A DNA stretch of 64,000 bases from GCA_000165345.1 CM000435.1:1056001-1120000; one strand, 5' to 3'. Shown: positions 10,544 through 22,648, numbered from the stretch's first letter. Translations and numbers: made by a program. The notes: generated by a model from the sequence alone, not told the origin.

Positions 10544-11191
10544 ATGCCTGAATATATTCAGATAGTGGGAGATGAAGATTCAAGAAGTAATACAAATGAT
10601 ACATGTTTTATATGCCTTGAAGATTCGTCCCAAGGAAAGCTTAAGCGATGTTGCTCTCAATGCTATGCAGTTGTACATGGGAAATGTTGGTCAAAATGGA
10701 GTAGTTCACAACAGATTGCAATCTTGAGAAGTATTTTGCTTGGAGAAGAGAGAAGAGAGTTAAAGCTATGTTCAATTTGCAGAAGTGGATCTATTAAGAT
10801 TGAACATTCAGAGGATGACTCTGAAGATTTTTCAAAAGCTCTGAATGGAGGTTTAATTTATAGATTCTTTAGAATTATTGCAAACAGAGTATATGGTAAT
10901 CAGTATGGCTCTTTTATGGTTTCATCAGTAGATAATCCTTTCTCAAACCTTAGAACCTTACTAATAAATGGAGTGTTTCTTTCACTATTTTTTATATATA
11001 TTCTATATCAAGAAGAGCATTCAGATGCCAAGAGTTTGATTACAATATCTTTATGGGCATATATTACATTAGTATTACAGTTTCTGACAATAACAGGAGT
11101 ATATAGAAGACAAGTATTGGATGAACTGGCAATAGATGAGCCAAGTCTAACTGATACATATGAATCTGTGAGACCAAACGAACAAATATGA
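10544..11191 (+). CDS. Membrane-anchored RING-variant (C4HC3, MARCH-like) zinc-finger protein, putative E3 ligase, 215 aa
   Basis: N-terminal pattern CxxC-x11-CxxC-x4-HxxC…CSIC. Two C-terminal hydrophobic helices (LLINGVFLSLFFIYILY and LWAYITLVLQFLTITGVY). Confidence 0.55.
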   Translation: MPEYIQIVGDEDSRSNTNDTCFICLEDSSQGKLKRCCSQCYAVVHGKCWSKWSSSQQIAILRSILLGEERRELKLCSICRSGSIKIEHSEDDSEDFSKALNGGLIYRFFRIIANRVYGNQYGSFMVSSVDNPFSNLRTLLINGVFLSLFFIYILYQEEHSDAKSLITISLWAYITLVLQFLTITGVYRRQVLDELAIDEPSLTDTYESVRPNEQI

Positions 11192-11288
11192 TAGGAATTT
11201 AGATTATGTTTAAAGAAGAAAAAGTTTAAGTGAAAACTTAACAAATCTTAGGTTGGAATAATTCTATAATATTTAGATTTCTACATAA

Positions 11289-12284
11289 TTACTTATCTTC
11301 TTCTCGGGTAGATGAGCTTTCTGAGATTTCATCCTCTTTATCCTGTGAAAAGTAGAGGTCAATATTGTCCAACAAGTGTTTTTTCAATGCATTCAAACTT
11401 TGAAGTTGGGTAGCGAGGACAATCCTTTGTAACATTAACGGGACAGAACCACCAAGATCCATCTTTTGAGCGAAAAAGAGTTCAGTTTCACCTTTAAATT
11501 GACGAATTAAGAACCCAACAAACTTGATTTCTCCCCTTACATATGACTCAGTGACAGGAATTTCCTCTTCAGATTCAGTAAGATTTTTAGTATCAGACAC
11601 AGAGGAAGCGACCAAAGCATAACAATTATCGCTTAGGGTAAAGTTTCTCCCCATAATGAGAAATTCCCTTCCTTGAACTCCCATCATTCCTCTATAGCAC
11701 TGTTTAGCCAATGCTAAATGCCCTAAATAATAAATAATAGATGATTCTGCACAAGTACTGTCGTACAAAGGTTTGTTCTCAACATTGATCATGAAGTCAA
11801 AGATTTGCTTTGGTGTTAAGGATGTTCCAAATGAGCATTTCCCAACGTAAGTAGATAATGCGTCTTCTGATTTGGAAGAAGAAGAATCAAATCTACTACA
11901 GAGTGCATCCCCCATGTTTCCCAGATTCACATGAACTTGTGGAGTTTTCTGGCAGCTACCAAGCGCTTTAAAGTTGGATTCGCTTTCTTGAGCGACATTA
12001 AAATCTTCAATTACGCTTAGAAAAGAGTTCAAAGCTTCTTGGGTCTTCTGGATATACTCTTGGTATAAAACTTTTTCCCTTTCTGTTTTTGGATATACAA
12101 CTTCAAGCCGTTCTCCAATGATAGCCCCATTGCTCGCTACATTTGAAGGATACTCGGAAGTAGTGTTTCTTGTAGCACATCTAGTTTGATTCGGGGACGA
12201 AGTACCTTGGTTTTCTGTTGTTTTCTTTTCTAGTTTGTTAGAGACAGAATTTGTCCCATTTACTCCACTTAAAAGATCCCACAT
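11289..12284 (-). CDS. START-domain (StAR-related lipid transfer) protein, 331 aa
   Basis: The C-terminus …ELFFAQKMDLGGSVPLMLQRIVLATQLQSLNALKKHL resembles the START C-terminal helix (D.KG.IP..v.N…). The N-terminal third is low complexity. Confidence 0.5.
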   Translation of the reverse strand: MWDLLSGVNGTNSVSNKLEKKTTENQGTSSPNQTRCATRNTTSEYPSNVASNGAIIGERLEVVYPKTEREKVLYQEYIQKTQEALNSFLSVIEDFNVAQESESNFKALGSCQKTPQVHVNLGNMGDALCSRFDSSSSKSEDALSTYVGKCSFGTSLTPKQIFDFMINVENKPLYDSTCAESSIIYYLGHLALAKQCYRGMMGVQGREFLIMGRNFTLSDNCYALVASSVSDTKNLTESEEEIPVTESYVRGEIKFVGFLIRQFKGETELFFAQKMDLGGSVPLMLQRIVLATQLQSLNALKKHLLDNIDLYFSQDKEDEISESSSTREEDK

Positions 12285-12633
12285 GGACTAATTATTACAA
12301 AGTTAAAAATACGTCAAATATCAAGGAAAATGTGAATTTTATTTAGCTTTTCCTTTGGGGTTCCCCCTATCTCTTCCCAATGCAAAAACGCATACTAGTT
12401 GTACCGCCCATTACGTGTTCTGCTCGAATTTTTGTAGTGATGGATGGCGCACAAAAAAGCTTTGCATGCAGCTCGGAAAATGGGAGAAAATAGGTCCAGT
12501 ATGATGAATAGGAAAAATTCTAGAAATATAGGAAGTGAGCAATATATAGAATAAGGAAAGAATATAATATATATTTGTTGAGGATTAGGATGGTGGATTA
12601 AAACATAGGAATATTTCTACCTCATTTTTGCAG

Positions 12634-13470
12634 CTACTCTGGGTCTGATGAGTCAGAGTCTGACTGATTACTAATTAAATGTAAACCTCTATATTTTGAA
12701 TGAGAGTGTGTTGAGTGTTTGTGTGCATGGCTTTCATGAATATTTGTTGTTTGTTGAGGAGTTTCGTAAGAAGCACTATTGTCCAGGTCGTGAAATGAAC
12801 CGGAAACGTCTCTTGAAGAGATTTCAGATCCATAATTCGACTCATATTCTTGAATGCTAAAGCTTTGTTCAACTGGCACACTATTATAAAATCCTGGCTT
12901 ACTAGAGAAAGCTTTGATTAAATAGCTTCCTAACCCTTCAACATAGATAGGCTCTGAATATATCTGTTCTTTTGAGCCATTTAACTGGTAAATAATAACA
13001 ACATTCTTTTGAATAGATGTTATTTCAATTCTTTTTGAAGACGGAGATATTTCAATAAGTTTTATCTTGGGTTTTAAACACGGGAGTTGTTTAGCATTAT
13101 AAAGCTGTGATAACTGAATATGAGCAATTGATGGACAGGGAAATCTGTAGCTTGGCCTTTTGGAGAGATCTTTACCTGTAAGATCATCATATTCAGGAGG
13201 AGCTCTGGTTGTTCCAGAATATCTTAAGCTGATATATGCTATATTTCCGAGAGTTAGATTCTCAAGAACAGACTCTAATTAATTAAAAGTATAAAATTTA
13301 GTATTCATACATTTATATTAAAGCAATTTCTTAAAATTGAAAAATTCATACTTACCTTGGTTTTTGGATCTTTCTATGAGCTCTAATCTATGGTCAACTC
13401 TTGCCAATGTAGACTCTATTTTTCTCTTTAACTCAATAAATTTATCAATATTCTCATCGTTTACAATCAT
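12634..13470 (-). CDS. Two-exon gene for a 251-aa coiled-coil/globular protein of unknown function. Exons 13356..13470 and 12634..13274; intron 13275..13355
   Basis: ATG at 13468-13470 follows an in-frame TAA. The donor is CAAG|GTAAGT and the acceptor is TTAATTAG|AG, in phase 1. Splicing joins MIVNDENIDKFIELKRKIESTLARVDHRLELIERSKNQ to the previously orphan ORF 12634..12879, giving …ESVLENLTLGNIAY…SDPE*. Confidence 0.55.
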
Positions 13471-14111
13471 TTAAGCAGATATATCAATTTTTATCAAAAC
13501 CAAATTCAACAAAAATTGAGATCCCTATATAGACTCCCACTTTTCCTTCTCCTTTCCGTCCTTAACTCAGATTAACTAAATTACTATATATTATGAGAAG
13601 ATCTTTTTAAACCTAATAATATAGTTTTTTAAAGATAAATAAATTTGCCTACTATTTATTTTTTTCTTCAAGTTATTTATTTTTATTATTCTTCTATGTT
13701 AAGGGGTAACGTAATTAAAGGACCCTTGCGGGATTTAAAGTAACTTAGATCTACAATAATTTAAGAACTTTTGGCGGGAAAGTGCAGCACATTTTTTAAA
13801 CAAATTATTACATGCGAATAGAAAATATGATAAGATTGTTTAAAAAAATGCATGAAACAACTATAAGATATAAATATAGGATATGGGATCTGGCAGAGAA
13901 GAGAAGAAAAAAGAAAGTCATGATATTTAAAGTCAACATAAAAGAACTCTGTAATAGTGATCGCAATTGATTGAATGTGTAATAGAGACAATACATGGGA
14001 GGGTTTAATGTCACGTCGTTTTTGTGCGTAGTAAAGCGAAAAAGAGAGAATTTGAATTTAAAAAATATATATATATATAGGAAAGTAGTGACGAAATCAT
14101 ACTTTTGAAAT

Positions 14112-14831
14112 ATGGAAGAGCCCAGAGTCACTTATTCAGAAGACCGTAGACGCCAATCCGAGTTGTTAGCAGAGGCTCAAAATCAGGCAATGGAGGGGGA
14201 ACTCTCTAGAGGCTTCTTTGTATCAACAGAGGTGGAGAATAACCAATCAAGCGTCTGCGGAATTGGCTGTGGATCAAATGGGCAAAGACTTACCCATACT
14301 ATACGTGCGTTCACTAAGCCAATCCCAGTAGCTCCAGGTCAAGTAAAGCTAAATTCTGCTGATGAATTGATTGGAAAGCCAATAATTAAGCAAAGATTAA
14401 ATGAAATGTACACTAACAGGAACCTAAATACATCTACAACCAATAAATTTATGTCTTTTGGAGTAGCTTCTTTGAGATCAATGAATTCTAATGCGCTTTC
14501 GTCATATCGTTCAACAGGTTCAGGTTCTATGCCTACGAATAGAAGCTATACATATTTAAGCCAAGTAAATACTAACAACTTTAGCACCATGAATACAGGT
14601 ATTTCCCAATATTCAAGAGGAGTCACTTCAAATACTTCATCAGTCTTTAATACTTTCACAACAATCTTGAATGGCTTGTGTAGTTGTCCAGGATTCATCT
14701 CGGTATGCAATAACAAGAAAAAAATACATGCAATCGAGCAAGAGCAAATACCTTCGGATTCCGACTTTGCTGAATCTGGCTCTGAGAGTGATGATGCAGG
14801 CCTAGATGTTGCTCAGGAAGAGCAAAACTAA
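14112..14831 (+). CDS. Hypothetical S/T/N-rich low-complexity protein with an acidic C-terminus, 239 aa
   Basis: ATG checked. No recognisable domain. Confidence 0.45.
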   Translation: MEEPRVTYSEDRRRQSELLAEAQNQAMEGELSRGFFVSTEVENNQSSVCGIGCGSNGQRLTHTIRAFTKPIPVAPGQVKLNSADELIGKPIIKQRLNEMYTNRNLNTSTTNKFMSFGVASLRSMNSNALSSYRSTGSGSMPTNRSYTYLSQVNTNNFSTMNTGISQYSRGVTSNTSSVFNTFTTILNGLCSCPGFISVCNNKKKIHAIEQEQIPSDSDFAESGSESDDAGLDVAQEEQN

Positions 14832-15757
14832 TCGATAGTTAATGAAAACTTAATATCGGAGTAACAAGATGTAAATCAAACCACATATAAGTTTATTATT
14901 TTTTTTATTCAAATATTAATTTTTTTATATAATAGAAAAGAAGTAATTAATTTCCACTTTTTCAAAGTCGGAGCACCGAATGCAACTTAAAAAGATTAAT
15001 GATTTCTATTTCTATTTTGAAAAGTTGACCGATTTTCAGTAAATGTTTTTTTCCTAATGTATTTTTTGAGCTATTATGAGTCATTTTTTCAGCAGTAGAA
15101 GATAAACAAAATCTAAAATACTTTATTCTCTATTGAAAGAAGAAAGAAAACTCAAACAAATTAAGAATTTTCAAAAGAAGATAATAATTCATATCTAGAG
15201 TTTAACGAAATTTGACTACAGGACTCATTCCAAAATAGGTTTTAACTGTAGATATTCTGCTCAGTTCTTTCTAACACATAACTTCATTAATTTATTTAGT
15301 AATGAAGATAAGGTTTCCCCGATAAATTGAACATTGTGCGCTTTTTGCATTGGCCTGCATGAAAGCAAATATCCTCGGAATTTAGTGGAAAATTCAGCAA
15401 TAGATAAAAATTGTCCACATGATTGTATATAAAAAAAAATAGTTAAATAATAGTAAATAAAAAATAGTATTTCGCACAATTAGCATTTTTTGGTTTTGAG
15501 AAAGGCCAATTTAAATTCTAATCAATGTTTCAAAGATTTATAAATCTTAATTCTTGCAGTTCTCCTCTGTATGTTCTTATTAGTATTACTTTTCCTCCCA
15601 TAGTTATTTCTGCTATAACTCTTACTTGTATACCAGAAGTTACATTATTTGAGAGCTAAATTGTGAGTTACTTTCCCGCCTTGTCTTTTTGTAAGTTAAA
15701 CAAAAAAAAACAATTAAAGGTAGAAAAAAGTCGATTCAAAAAAATTTAAGGAACGCG

Positions 15758-16783
15758 ATGAAGATTAAGATCAGAACAGTTCAGAATACAGAGATGGAGG
15801 TAGAGGTGGAAGCAGATTATTCTATTGAGAAAGTAAAGCAGGCAATTCAAGAATTGAACCCAGTAATGGAGGCTTCGAGACTAAAGCTCATTTTTGCTGG
15901 AAGAATATTGAATGATTCTCAAACTGTTCAGGATGTTGGAATAAAAGAGGGAGAGCGATTGGTAGTTCTTTTATCTAAGGGTGCTTCCCAGAAGGCAGCA
16001 GAAAGTCAACAGAATAAACAAAACAATACGTCAAATGAATCAAACACAAATACAGATCCAGCAGCAAGTGCTACAACTTCAAATATCCAAGCTCAATCAG
16101 GGAATTCTGATCCATCAATAGATTCAAGAGCCTCAGCTTTATTAACAGGGACAGAACTTGAGAAAACTATTACAAATATTGTAAATATGGGTTTCGAAAG
16201 AGAACAAGTTACAAGAGCAATGAGAGCAGCATTTAACAATCCAGATAGAGCTGTTGAGTACCTTACTTCAGGATTACCAATTCCAGAGAATCCAGTGGCA
16301 CCTAATCACACTAATATTACACCAGTAAACTCAAATGCTTCTTTGAATGCAGGCTTAACATCATCAGAAGACTTGTCATCAGAACAGCTCCCGGGAAATT
16401 TGGAATCGCTTAGAACTAACCCATTATTCCAACAACTGAGGTCTGTAGTTCAACAAGATCCAAGAATCCTCCCAGAGCTACTTGTAAGAATTGGTCAGTC
16501 AAATCCTGAGATCCTCCAACTTATTACAGAAAATCAAGAAGAGTTTATACGAATGATGGAGAGAACTGACTCTGATGAAGTTGGAGAAACTTCCCAATTT
16601 CCAATGCAGACAACTATTCAGCTTACTCCCCAGGAAGCCGAGTCCGTTGAACGTCTGCAGGCCCTCGGATTCCCAAGAAATGCTGTCATTGAAGCCTATT
16701 TAATTTGTGAAAAGAACGAGGAGCTTGCTGCAAATTATCTTCTCGAAAACAGTGCCGATTTCTTTACTGATGGTGCGAACTGA
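15758..16783 (+). CDS. RAD23: UV excision repair protein RAD23 (UBL-UBA1-XPC binding-UBA2), 341 aa
   Basis: N-terminal ubiquitin-like domain. UBA1 (LEKTITNIVNMGFEREQVTRAMRAAFNNPDRAVEYL). XPC-binding helix (NPLFQQLRSVVQQDPRILPELL…). UBA2 (ERLQALGFPRNAVIEAYLICEKNEELAANYLL). Confidence 0.9.
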   Translation: MKIKIRTVQNTEMEVEVEADYSIEKVKQAIQELNPVMEASRLKLIFAGRILNDSQTVQDVGIKEGERLVVLLSKGASQKAAESQQNKQNNTSNESNTNTDPAASATTSNIQAQSGNSDPSIDSRASALLTGTELEKTITNIVNMGFEREQVTRAMRAAFNNPDRAVEYLTSGLPIPENPVAPNHTNITPVNSNASLNAGLTSSEDLSSEQLPGNLESLRTNPLFQQLRSVVQQDPRILPELLVRIGQSNPEILQLITENQEEFIRMMERTDSDEVGETSQFPMQTTIQLTPQEAESVERLQALGFPRNAVIEAYLICEKNEELAANYLLENSADFFTDGAN

Positions 16784-17117
16784 GCCTCCTTTAACTCTTT
16801 TTTGACTATAATGTTTTACCGAAAATCATTCAAGTATTTAATTCTTTAATTTAAATTCACTAGATCCAACTCTTCAGATTTTATAATTCACCTCACTTTT
16901 CACCTTCTTCTTTCCTCTTATTACACTCTCAAAGTTTCTCTTTTTTCTTTCTTCGCATTTTAAACTTCTCCTTTCCCACCTTATTCTTTGTTGTTTTCTT
17001 AATAAGAAGATTAGTGCGAAACTTTAACTACATGTCATTTTGGCGCCATTGACATTCGGCACCAATTTGTATATTTAAACCCAATTTCTATTTGAAATAC
17101 TTGATACTTTAAAAATT

Positions 17118-18881
17118 ATGGAAACCTCCCAAGATGGAGACTACTGGGATGTGATTATTATTGGTACAGGGTTGATAGAATGTATTGTTGCTTCAGGCCT
17201 CTCAATGAGAGGATATTCGGTTTTAGTTTTAGAGTCAAATACCTCATATGGAGGCTTAAATAATACACTTAAACTCCCCACAGTTCATAATTGGATCTCA
17301 AACAACCCAGAACATTCAGAATCTCTATTTGAAACTTCTTCTTTCTTTGAAAAAGAGTGTGATCTTCAGTTATACTCATCACTAACTGAAGCAGAATCTC
17401 AATCTTTAAAGAATATATATGTGGATATGATGCCTAAAGTACTATTTTGTCGTGGCCATCTTGTAGAAATGATTTTATCGTGCAATATTTCTGGTTATCT
17501 AGAATTTCAAGGAATAAATGATATTTATTTTGCAGAAATTAAAGATAATGAGACATTTAGATTAACAAAAACACCATTTTCAAAAAAAGAGGTATTTTCC
17601 TCATCCGATTTGAATTTGGTAGAAAAGAGACAAGTTATGAGGTTGTACAGTGGAATTAGAGATATTTTAGAGATATCCAAAATTGAGGAAAAGGTTGATT
17701 TGGATTTGGTTTCTGATCCTTTTAGGTCCCCAGCATTAATTGTAAATTGTCAAAATAGTTCTAAAAAGGTTAATGAGAGCAATAATGACCAAACTAATCG
17801 TAACCGTAGTTTTGGTGGCAGTAGTAGAAATGCATGCATTCCTGAAGTAACTTCTTTCTCAGACTTTCAAGATTTCTGGAAAATCAATGACAGAGTGTTA
17901 AATTTAGTTAAACACAACGTAGTTTTTAGCAATTCACACCAAAACAATAATTTTGAATGGGAAAAGAACTTTACAAGGTATTTTAACCTTCTATTAAGTT
18001 CATTAAATCAACATGGATGTGTAGGAACTCCTTTTTTGTATCCAAATTATGGTACATGTGATCTACCTCAGTCATTTTCTAGACTTGCAGCAGTTAAAGG
18101 ATCTCTTCAAAGACTTGGGACAACCATTTCAACTATTCAAAAACAAGATGAAAAGGAAAAACTATGGAAAGTTCATATTAACTCAAGTAATTCAAAAGAA
18201 GTTATTAAGTGTAAGTCAATATTGGGGTCTTTAACAAATCTTTCAAAATACTTGAAGAATTCTGTAAATAATTTAATAGAAAACAAGGTTTTGTGTTATT
18301 TCATGATTTTAAATCGTCCATTAATCAAACCAAAAAACTCTCAGAATACTAAAAATCTTTGTCTCACAAGTATCCAAATTGGAGAAAACCAATTTGAGAA
18401 TAATATAGCTTATATTCTACAATGTGACTATAGTACAGGATGTTGCCCTCCTGGATATTATATTGTTTACATAAATAAGGTAATGGGAAAAGAAGAAACT
18501 ATTTTTCATGCAAGAAGTCAGGTCCAAAATGGAATTAACTCACTGTTATCTGCGAAAACAAATGATGAGACAAAGGTTTTATATAAAGCAAGTTATATTT
18601 ATATACAAAGGGTTGAGAATCCACAACAACTTGGAGACGGATTAATACTTTTGTCAGATCCATCTATTAACAACAATAGCTTCTTACTTCTGGATGAAGA
18701 TGTTGATAAAGCTTTACTAGCTCTTGATAAATCAATCAAGTTTCTAGATTCTCAACATAAGGATTATGTGACATTTAAGAACTTTTCAAATTCTAAAAAA
18801 GATCAAAAAGAAGAAAATTCAAAAATCCGAGATTCAAATAATCAATATTTTATAGAGAAGTTACAAAACATCTTAGACTAA
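17118..18881 (+). CDS. Rab GDI/REP-family protein, probably Rab escort protein (Rab GGTase component A), 587 aa
   Basis: FAD/GDI N-terminal fingerprint DVIIIGTGLIECIVASGLSMRGYSVLVLESNTSYGG and the block MPKVLFCRGHLVEMILSCNISGYLEFQ. The length and divergence fit REP better than canonical GDI (~440 aa). Confidence 0.7.
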   Translation: METSQDGDYWDVIIIGTGLIECIVASGLSMRGYSVLVLESNTSYGGLNNTLKLPTVHNWISNNPEHSESLFETSSFFEKECDLQLYSSLTEAESQSLKNIYVDMMPKVLFCRGHLVEMILSCNISGYLEFQGINDIYFAEIKDNETFRLTKTPFSKKEVFSSSDLNLVEKRQVMRLYSGIRDILEISKIEEKVDLDLVSDPFRSPALIVNCQNSSKKVNESNNDQTNRNRSFGGSSRNACIPEVTSFSDFQDFWKINDRVLNLVKHNVVFSNSHQNNNFEWEKNFTRYFNLLLSSLNQHGCVGTPFLYPNYGTCDLPQSFSRLAAVKGSLQRLGTTISTIQKQDEKEKLWKVHINSSNSKEVIKCKSILGSLTNLSKYLKNSVNNLIENKVLCYFMILNRPLIKPKNSQNTKNLCLTSIQIGENQFENNIAYILQCDYSTGCCPPGYYIVYINKVMGKEETIFHARSQVQNGINSLLSAKTNDETKVLYKASYIYIQRVENPQQLGDGLILLSDPSINNNSFLLLDEDVDKALLALDKSIKFLDSQHKDYVTFKNFSNSKKDQKEENSKIRDSNNQYFIEKLQNILD

Positions 18882-18924
18882 GTTAAATATAATATAAATA
18901 TGTATACAAAGAGTAGACTATCCT

Positions 18925-19665
18925 TTAATTAATAATATCTCGTGAATATGGAACATTTGTATCAATAGGAGCAACAATCAAATCGTTCCTATACAAATAT
19001 TTCATTAACATTTGAACAGCTTCTAGCCCTTGAGCATGATCTTTAACCTTGTGTACTAGAATATAGTTAACAGAGACTACAAAACAACATTGAGTTATCT
19101 CATTTTTTGCCTCTTCTACTTGCTCATCTGGAAATCTAAGAAACTTATTAGCTGATGTTGTGTCTTCATTGGAATAAATACCATTTGGTTGAAAACTTAT
19201 TATCATAGCTGTATAGAGCTCTGGATCAAAGAGTATTTCAAAAACGTGATTACTAGCAATAATAGTATTATATAATTTAAATATATTTATTAATCCAATT
19301 TTGGATGGCATTTCAACTCTCAAGATAGAATTCACTTGTTTGATTTCTAAAGGAACTGATGGATCATGCTGTCTAAACTTCTTTCTAAGCCATGAAATAT
19401 ATTCAGTACAAGTTTCCTCGTTCTCCCCAATACTCAAAATATACCCACTATTATAAGCAATAATACACCCATCCTCCTTCACTCCTCTACGTCTGGGAGT
19501 TGGGCAAATTAATGCTTTCTTACTATGACAATAAACAAACATTTCTGAACTTTTCCTTAGCATATTTTTGTATATGTCCCATGATGTTACACTATTCGAG
19601 AAGTCTAGATATCCCTCAAGGACAATCCTTCGTCTAGTAGTAACCTCAGGGATTGTCAGGTCCAT
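18925..19665 (-). CDS. Hypothetical conserved-looking globular protein, 246 aa
   Basis: ATG checked. No family recognised. Confidence 0.5.
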   Translation of the reverse strand: MDLTIPEVTTRRRIVLEGYLDFSNSVTSWDIYKNMLRKSSEMFVYCHSKKALICPTPRRRGVKEDGCIIAYNSGYILSIGENEETCTEYISWLRKKFRQHDPSVPLEIKQVNSILRVEMPSKIGLINIFKLYNTIIASNHVFEILFDPELYTAMIISFQPNGIYSNEDTTSANKFLRFPDEQVEEAKNEITQCCFVVSVNYILVHKVKDHAQGLEAVQMLMKYLYRNDLIVAPIDTNVPYSRDIIN

Positions 19666-20261
19666 TTCTGCTGTTTTTTATGTGTGAACTTGAAGCATGC
19701 AAATTCAGATTCTTAGGTTAGGTTAACCAGAACAACTTAACTGAGGAATTTGGTTGTTGTTTTTAAATGAGTAATTCTAATTTAAAATTTTACATACGTC
19801 CCTTTTTAAATACCGTTTAAAACAACTTTTTTTTCCTTGCAATCACCAAGAAAAATTAAAAAATTATACGGGAAAAATTCAACCATTTTTTTGACAAATA
19901 TTTTTAATTAATTTAGGCGCCACATGCCATTAATAATTAGTAAATATTTACATACCGGTATTTAGTCAGAATGATAATATTTTTTTTTTAATAAATAATT
20001 AAACAATGTTGGCGCCTTAGGTGTATAATTACTATTTAATAATAAATTATAATAATGGAAAGTGGTAAATAAAATGAATAGTAAATAAATTAAAAAAAAT
20101 GGAGACATATTCAATTTTGACGCATTATTATTAATTATAATTAACAATAATCGAGACGGGAAAACAAAATAGATAAATACAATCAGCTTGGTTCAAGTTG
20201 AAGGCGAGGCTTTAAGCTAGGAATTTTAAAGTTGTAAACTGTATTTTAGAATTAGTAAAGA

Positions 20262-21481
20262 ATGGTAAGTTAGGAGTATTTTTAAGCAAGACGAGGAAGT
20301 TTCTAACTGGAGCTTGTTAATTCTTTAGGCACGTGGTCCAAAGAAGCATTTAAAGCGTGTGGCAGCTCCATCCAACTGGATGTTGGACAAATTGACAGGT
20401 GTATATGCACCTCGTCCATCAAGTGGTCCACATAAACTAAGAGAATGTATTCCATTAGCAATTTTACTCCGTAACAGATTAAAGTTTGCTTTAACATATA
20501 CTGAAGCAAAGTATATTGTAATGCAACGTCTTATCAAGGTTGATGGTAAGGTCAGAACTGATATCTGCTTCCCATTAGGTTTGATGGATGTTGTAAGCAT
20601 TGACCGTGTTGGAAAGAATATACGTATAATGTATGATACAAAGGGTAGATTCGTACCAGTCCAAATTGATTCTAAGGAGGCAGGATTCAAGCTATGCAAA
20701 GTAACTAAGGTTGCTCTTGGAGCAAAGGGTATTCCAACTGCCACAACAAATGACGCCCGTACTTTGAGATACATCCACCCAGATGTCAAGGCAAATGATA
20801 CTGTTAAAGTTGACTTGGCCACAGGAAAGGTAAGTTGATTTAGAAAAAATTGGTTCAAATAAGGCAATGAAAGGGGTGAGACGAGGATATTTTTGGTAAT
20901 TTTTATTATATAGTCGATTTGACGTGTTGGCTTTTCGGTGATGAACAACGACTTAAATGGGAATCTCTCTTACAAACAAATAATATGGTGAGATATGGTC
21001 TCGACTTTCTGTCATGATTGTCCTGATGTTCTGCTTAAAACACGTCATTTTTGTACTTTTAGAGTTAACAAAGATTCCAATATACCCTCATATATGATTA
21101 TTGCATATTTTATAGAAAGATTTGGTATTCTTATTTCTGATTTGCCTTGAAACCAAATATACTTTACTGAACAATATTTAATTTCCCCCTTTAATATAGG
21201 TAATTGACTTTGTCAAATGTGAAGTTGGTAACATGTGTATGGTCACTGGTGGTAGATCCCAAGGCCGTGTTGGTACCATTACTCACTTTGAGAGAAAGAT
21301 GGGTGCTCAGTGCATCGTCACTATTCGTGACCAAAAAGGTGCTACCTTTGCAACTTTAATGAAGAATATCTTCGTTATTGGAGAGGAGGGCAAACCCTTG
21401 GTCACTCTTCCAAAGGATAAAGGTATTAGATTATCAAATGTGGAGGACAGAAACTTAAGAATGAAGAAGCACAGGAACTAA
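20262..21481 (+). CDS. RPS4: 40S ribosomal protein S4 (three exons: 20262..20264, 20329..20829, 21200..21481), 261 aa
   Basis: Exon 1 is the ATG alone, followed by GTAAGT. Exon 2 starts [43 protein letters not shown] and ends …VDLATGK|GTAAGT. Exon 3 begins [25 protein letters not shown] after the acceptor ATATAG. This is the canonical eS4 sequence. Confidence 0.9.
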
Positions 21482-21738
21482 TTAGAGACTGATTTCCAGG
21501 AACACATGCATTAGTTAAGATATTAGTCATTTTTTTCCTCACATAGTTTCATAATTGTTTCAATTTTATTTTAACACTTGCGGAATTGATTGTCTCCTTT
21601 TCTGTCTCTTATCTTGTTACTCAAGTGGAATTTATAACTCTTGTTGGAAATATCATCTAATAATATTAAAAATAAAATCTACAGTTAATTGAATACTAAT
21701 TCTAAATAATAATTACTTATGAAATCTAGTTATTTTAC

Positions 21739-22128
21739 TTAATCTAAAATTAATTCATCAATCTTCCAGTCCTCATAATTCCCATTTGGGAGATATCTTC
21801 TAATAACAAAAGGAATTTTCTTAGTATAAAGCTCTTTCTCCGCTATTAATAAAGGATCGGTTTCTCCATCTAATGGTATTGCAACCGGAGCATTCATACT
21901 AATTTGTAGTGCTCTTGTTCCAATAATTCTTGCCTTTTCAAACTTTGTCATATAAGGAGTTGTAATACGAGGACCTTCATTTGGTTTACCATCATATCTA
22001 CTATGTACTGCATCTTCTGTCAATATTTCTATATTCTCATCTCCTTCTATCTCTTCTTCTATTAATTCCTCTTCCATATACTCCTCTTCCTCATCATAAT
22101 TTCCTCCTGATTCATCATAATCATTCAT
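21739..22128 (-). CDS. RPB6: DNA-directed RNA polymerases I, II and III subunit RPABC2 (Rpb6), 129 aa
   Basis: Acidic N-terminus, then [27 protein letters not shown]…[13 protein letters not shown], the Rpb6/omega signature. Confidence 0.9.
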   Translation of the reverse strand: MNDYDESGGNYDEEEEYMEEELIEEEIEGDENIEILTEDAVHSRYDGKPNEGPRITTPYMTKFEKARIIGTRALQISMNAPVAIPLDGETDPLLIAEKELYTKKIPFVIRRYLPNGNYEDWKIDELILD

Positions 22129-22648
22129 TTTTATAAATTACTTTAAACTGCTCTAACTTGACAGCTTTTTTGTTTTAATTAAATAATTATTTTAATTCTT
22201 AATTAAAAAGTCTTATTCAGAAACTCCTAACCCCGGAAAAAATAAATTCATGAACAGGCGGGAAAATCAGTTCACTATTGTAAAAGTTGCATGCTAAAAT
22301 TTAGTCATGCAAAAACAAATTTATGAATAAAATGAAAATTAATGTACTGTAGGTGGCTTTGCAGAGGGAAGAATATGGGGGAACCATCGAATAGTTGATT
22401 TTTTTTAAAATAATAGACTAGATTAACGTTATGATCTGACAATTATCTTGAATTCTGTTTGAAAAACTATTTATTAAGTTTTAAGTAAATAGCATTTCTA
22501 TTAAGCGTTGTATAATAAATATAATTTTTTCAGAAAATTCAAACATATAATAAATTACGTGTAATTACCTGTAATTTGACTGAATTTATTGAGGAAAATT
22601 ATTATTTTTTTGAATAGAAAAAAGGACTTAATTAGATTTTCACTACTA

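Noticed and set aside
15261-15479. 72-aa minus-strand ORF in the 0.9-kb region upstream of RAD23
   Set aside because: No conserved features. I also checked this region for U6-like and other snRNA signatures and found none.
20925-21035. Listing the RPS4-intron element as an ncRNA feature
   Set aside because: I found C- and D-like boxes but no terminal stem, so it is a finding only and not a called feature.
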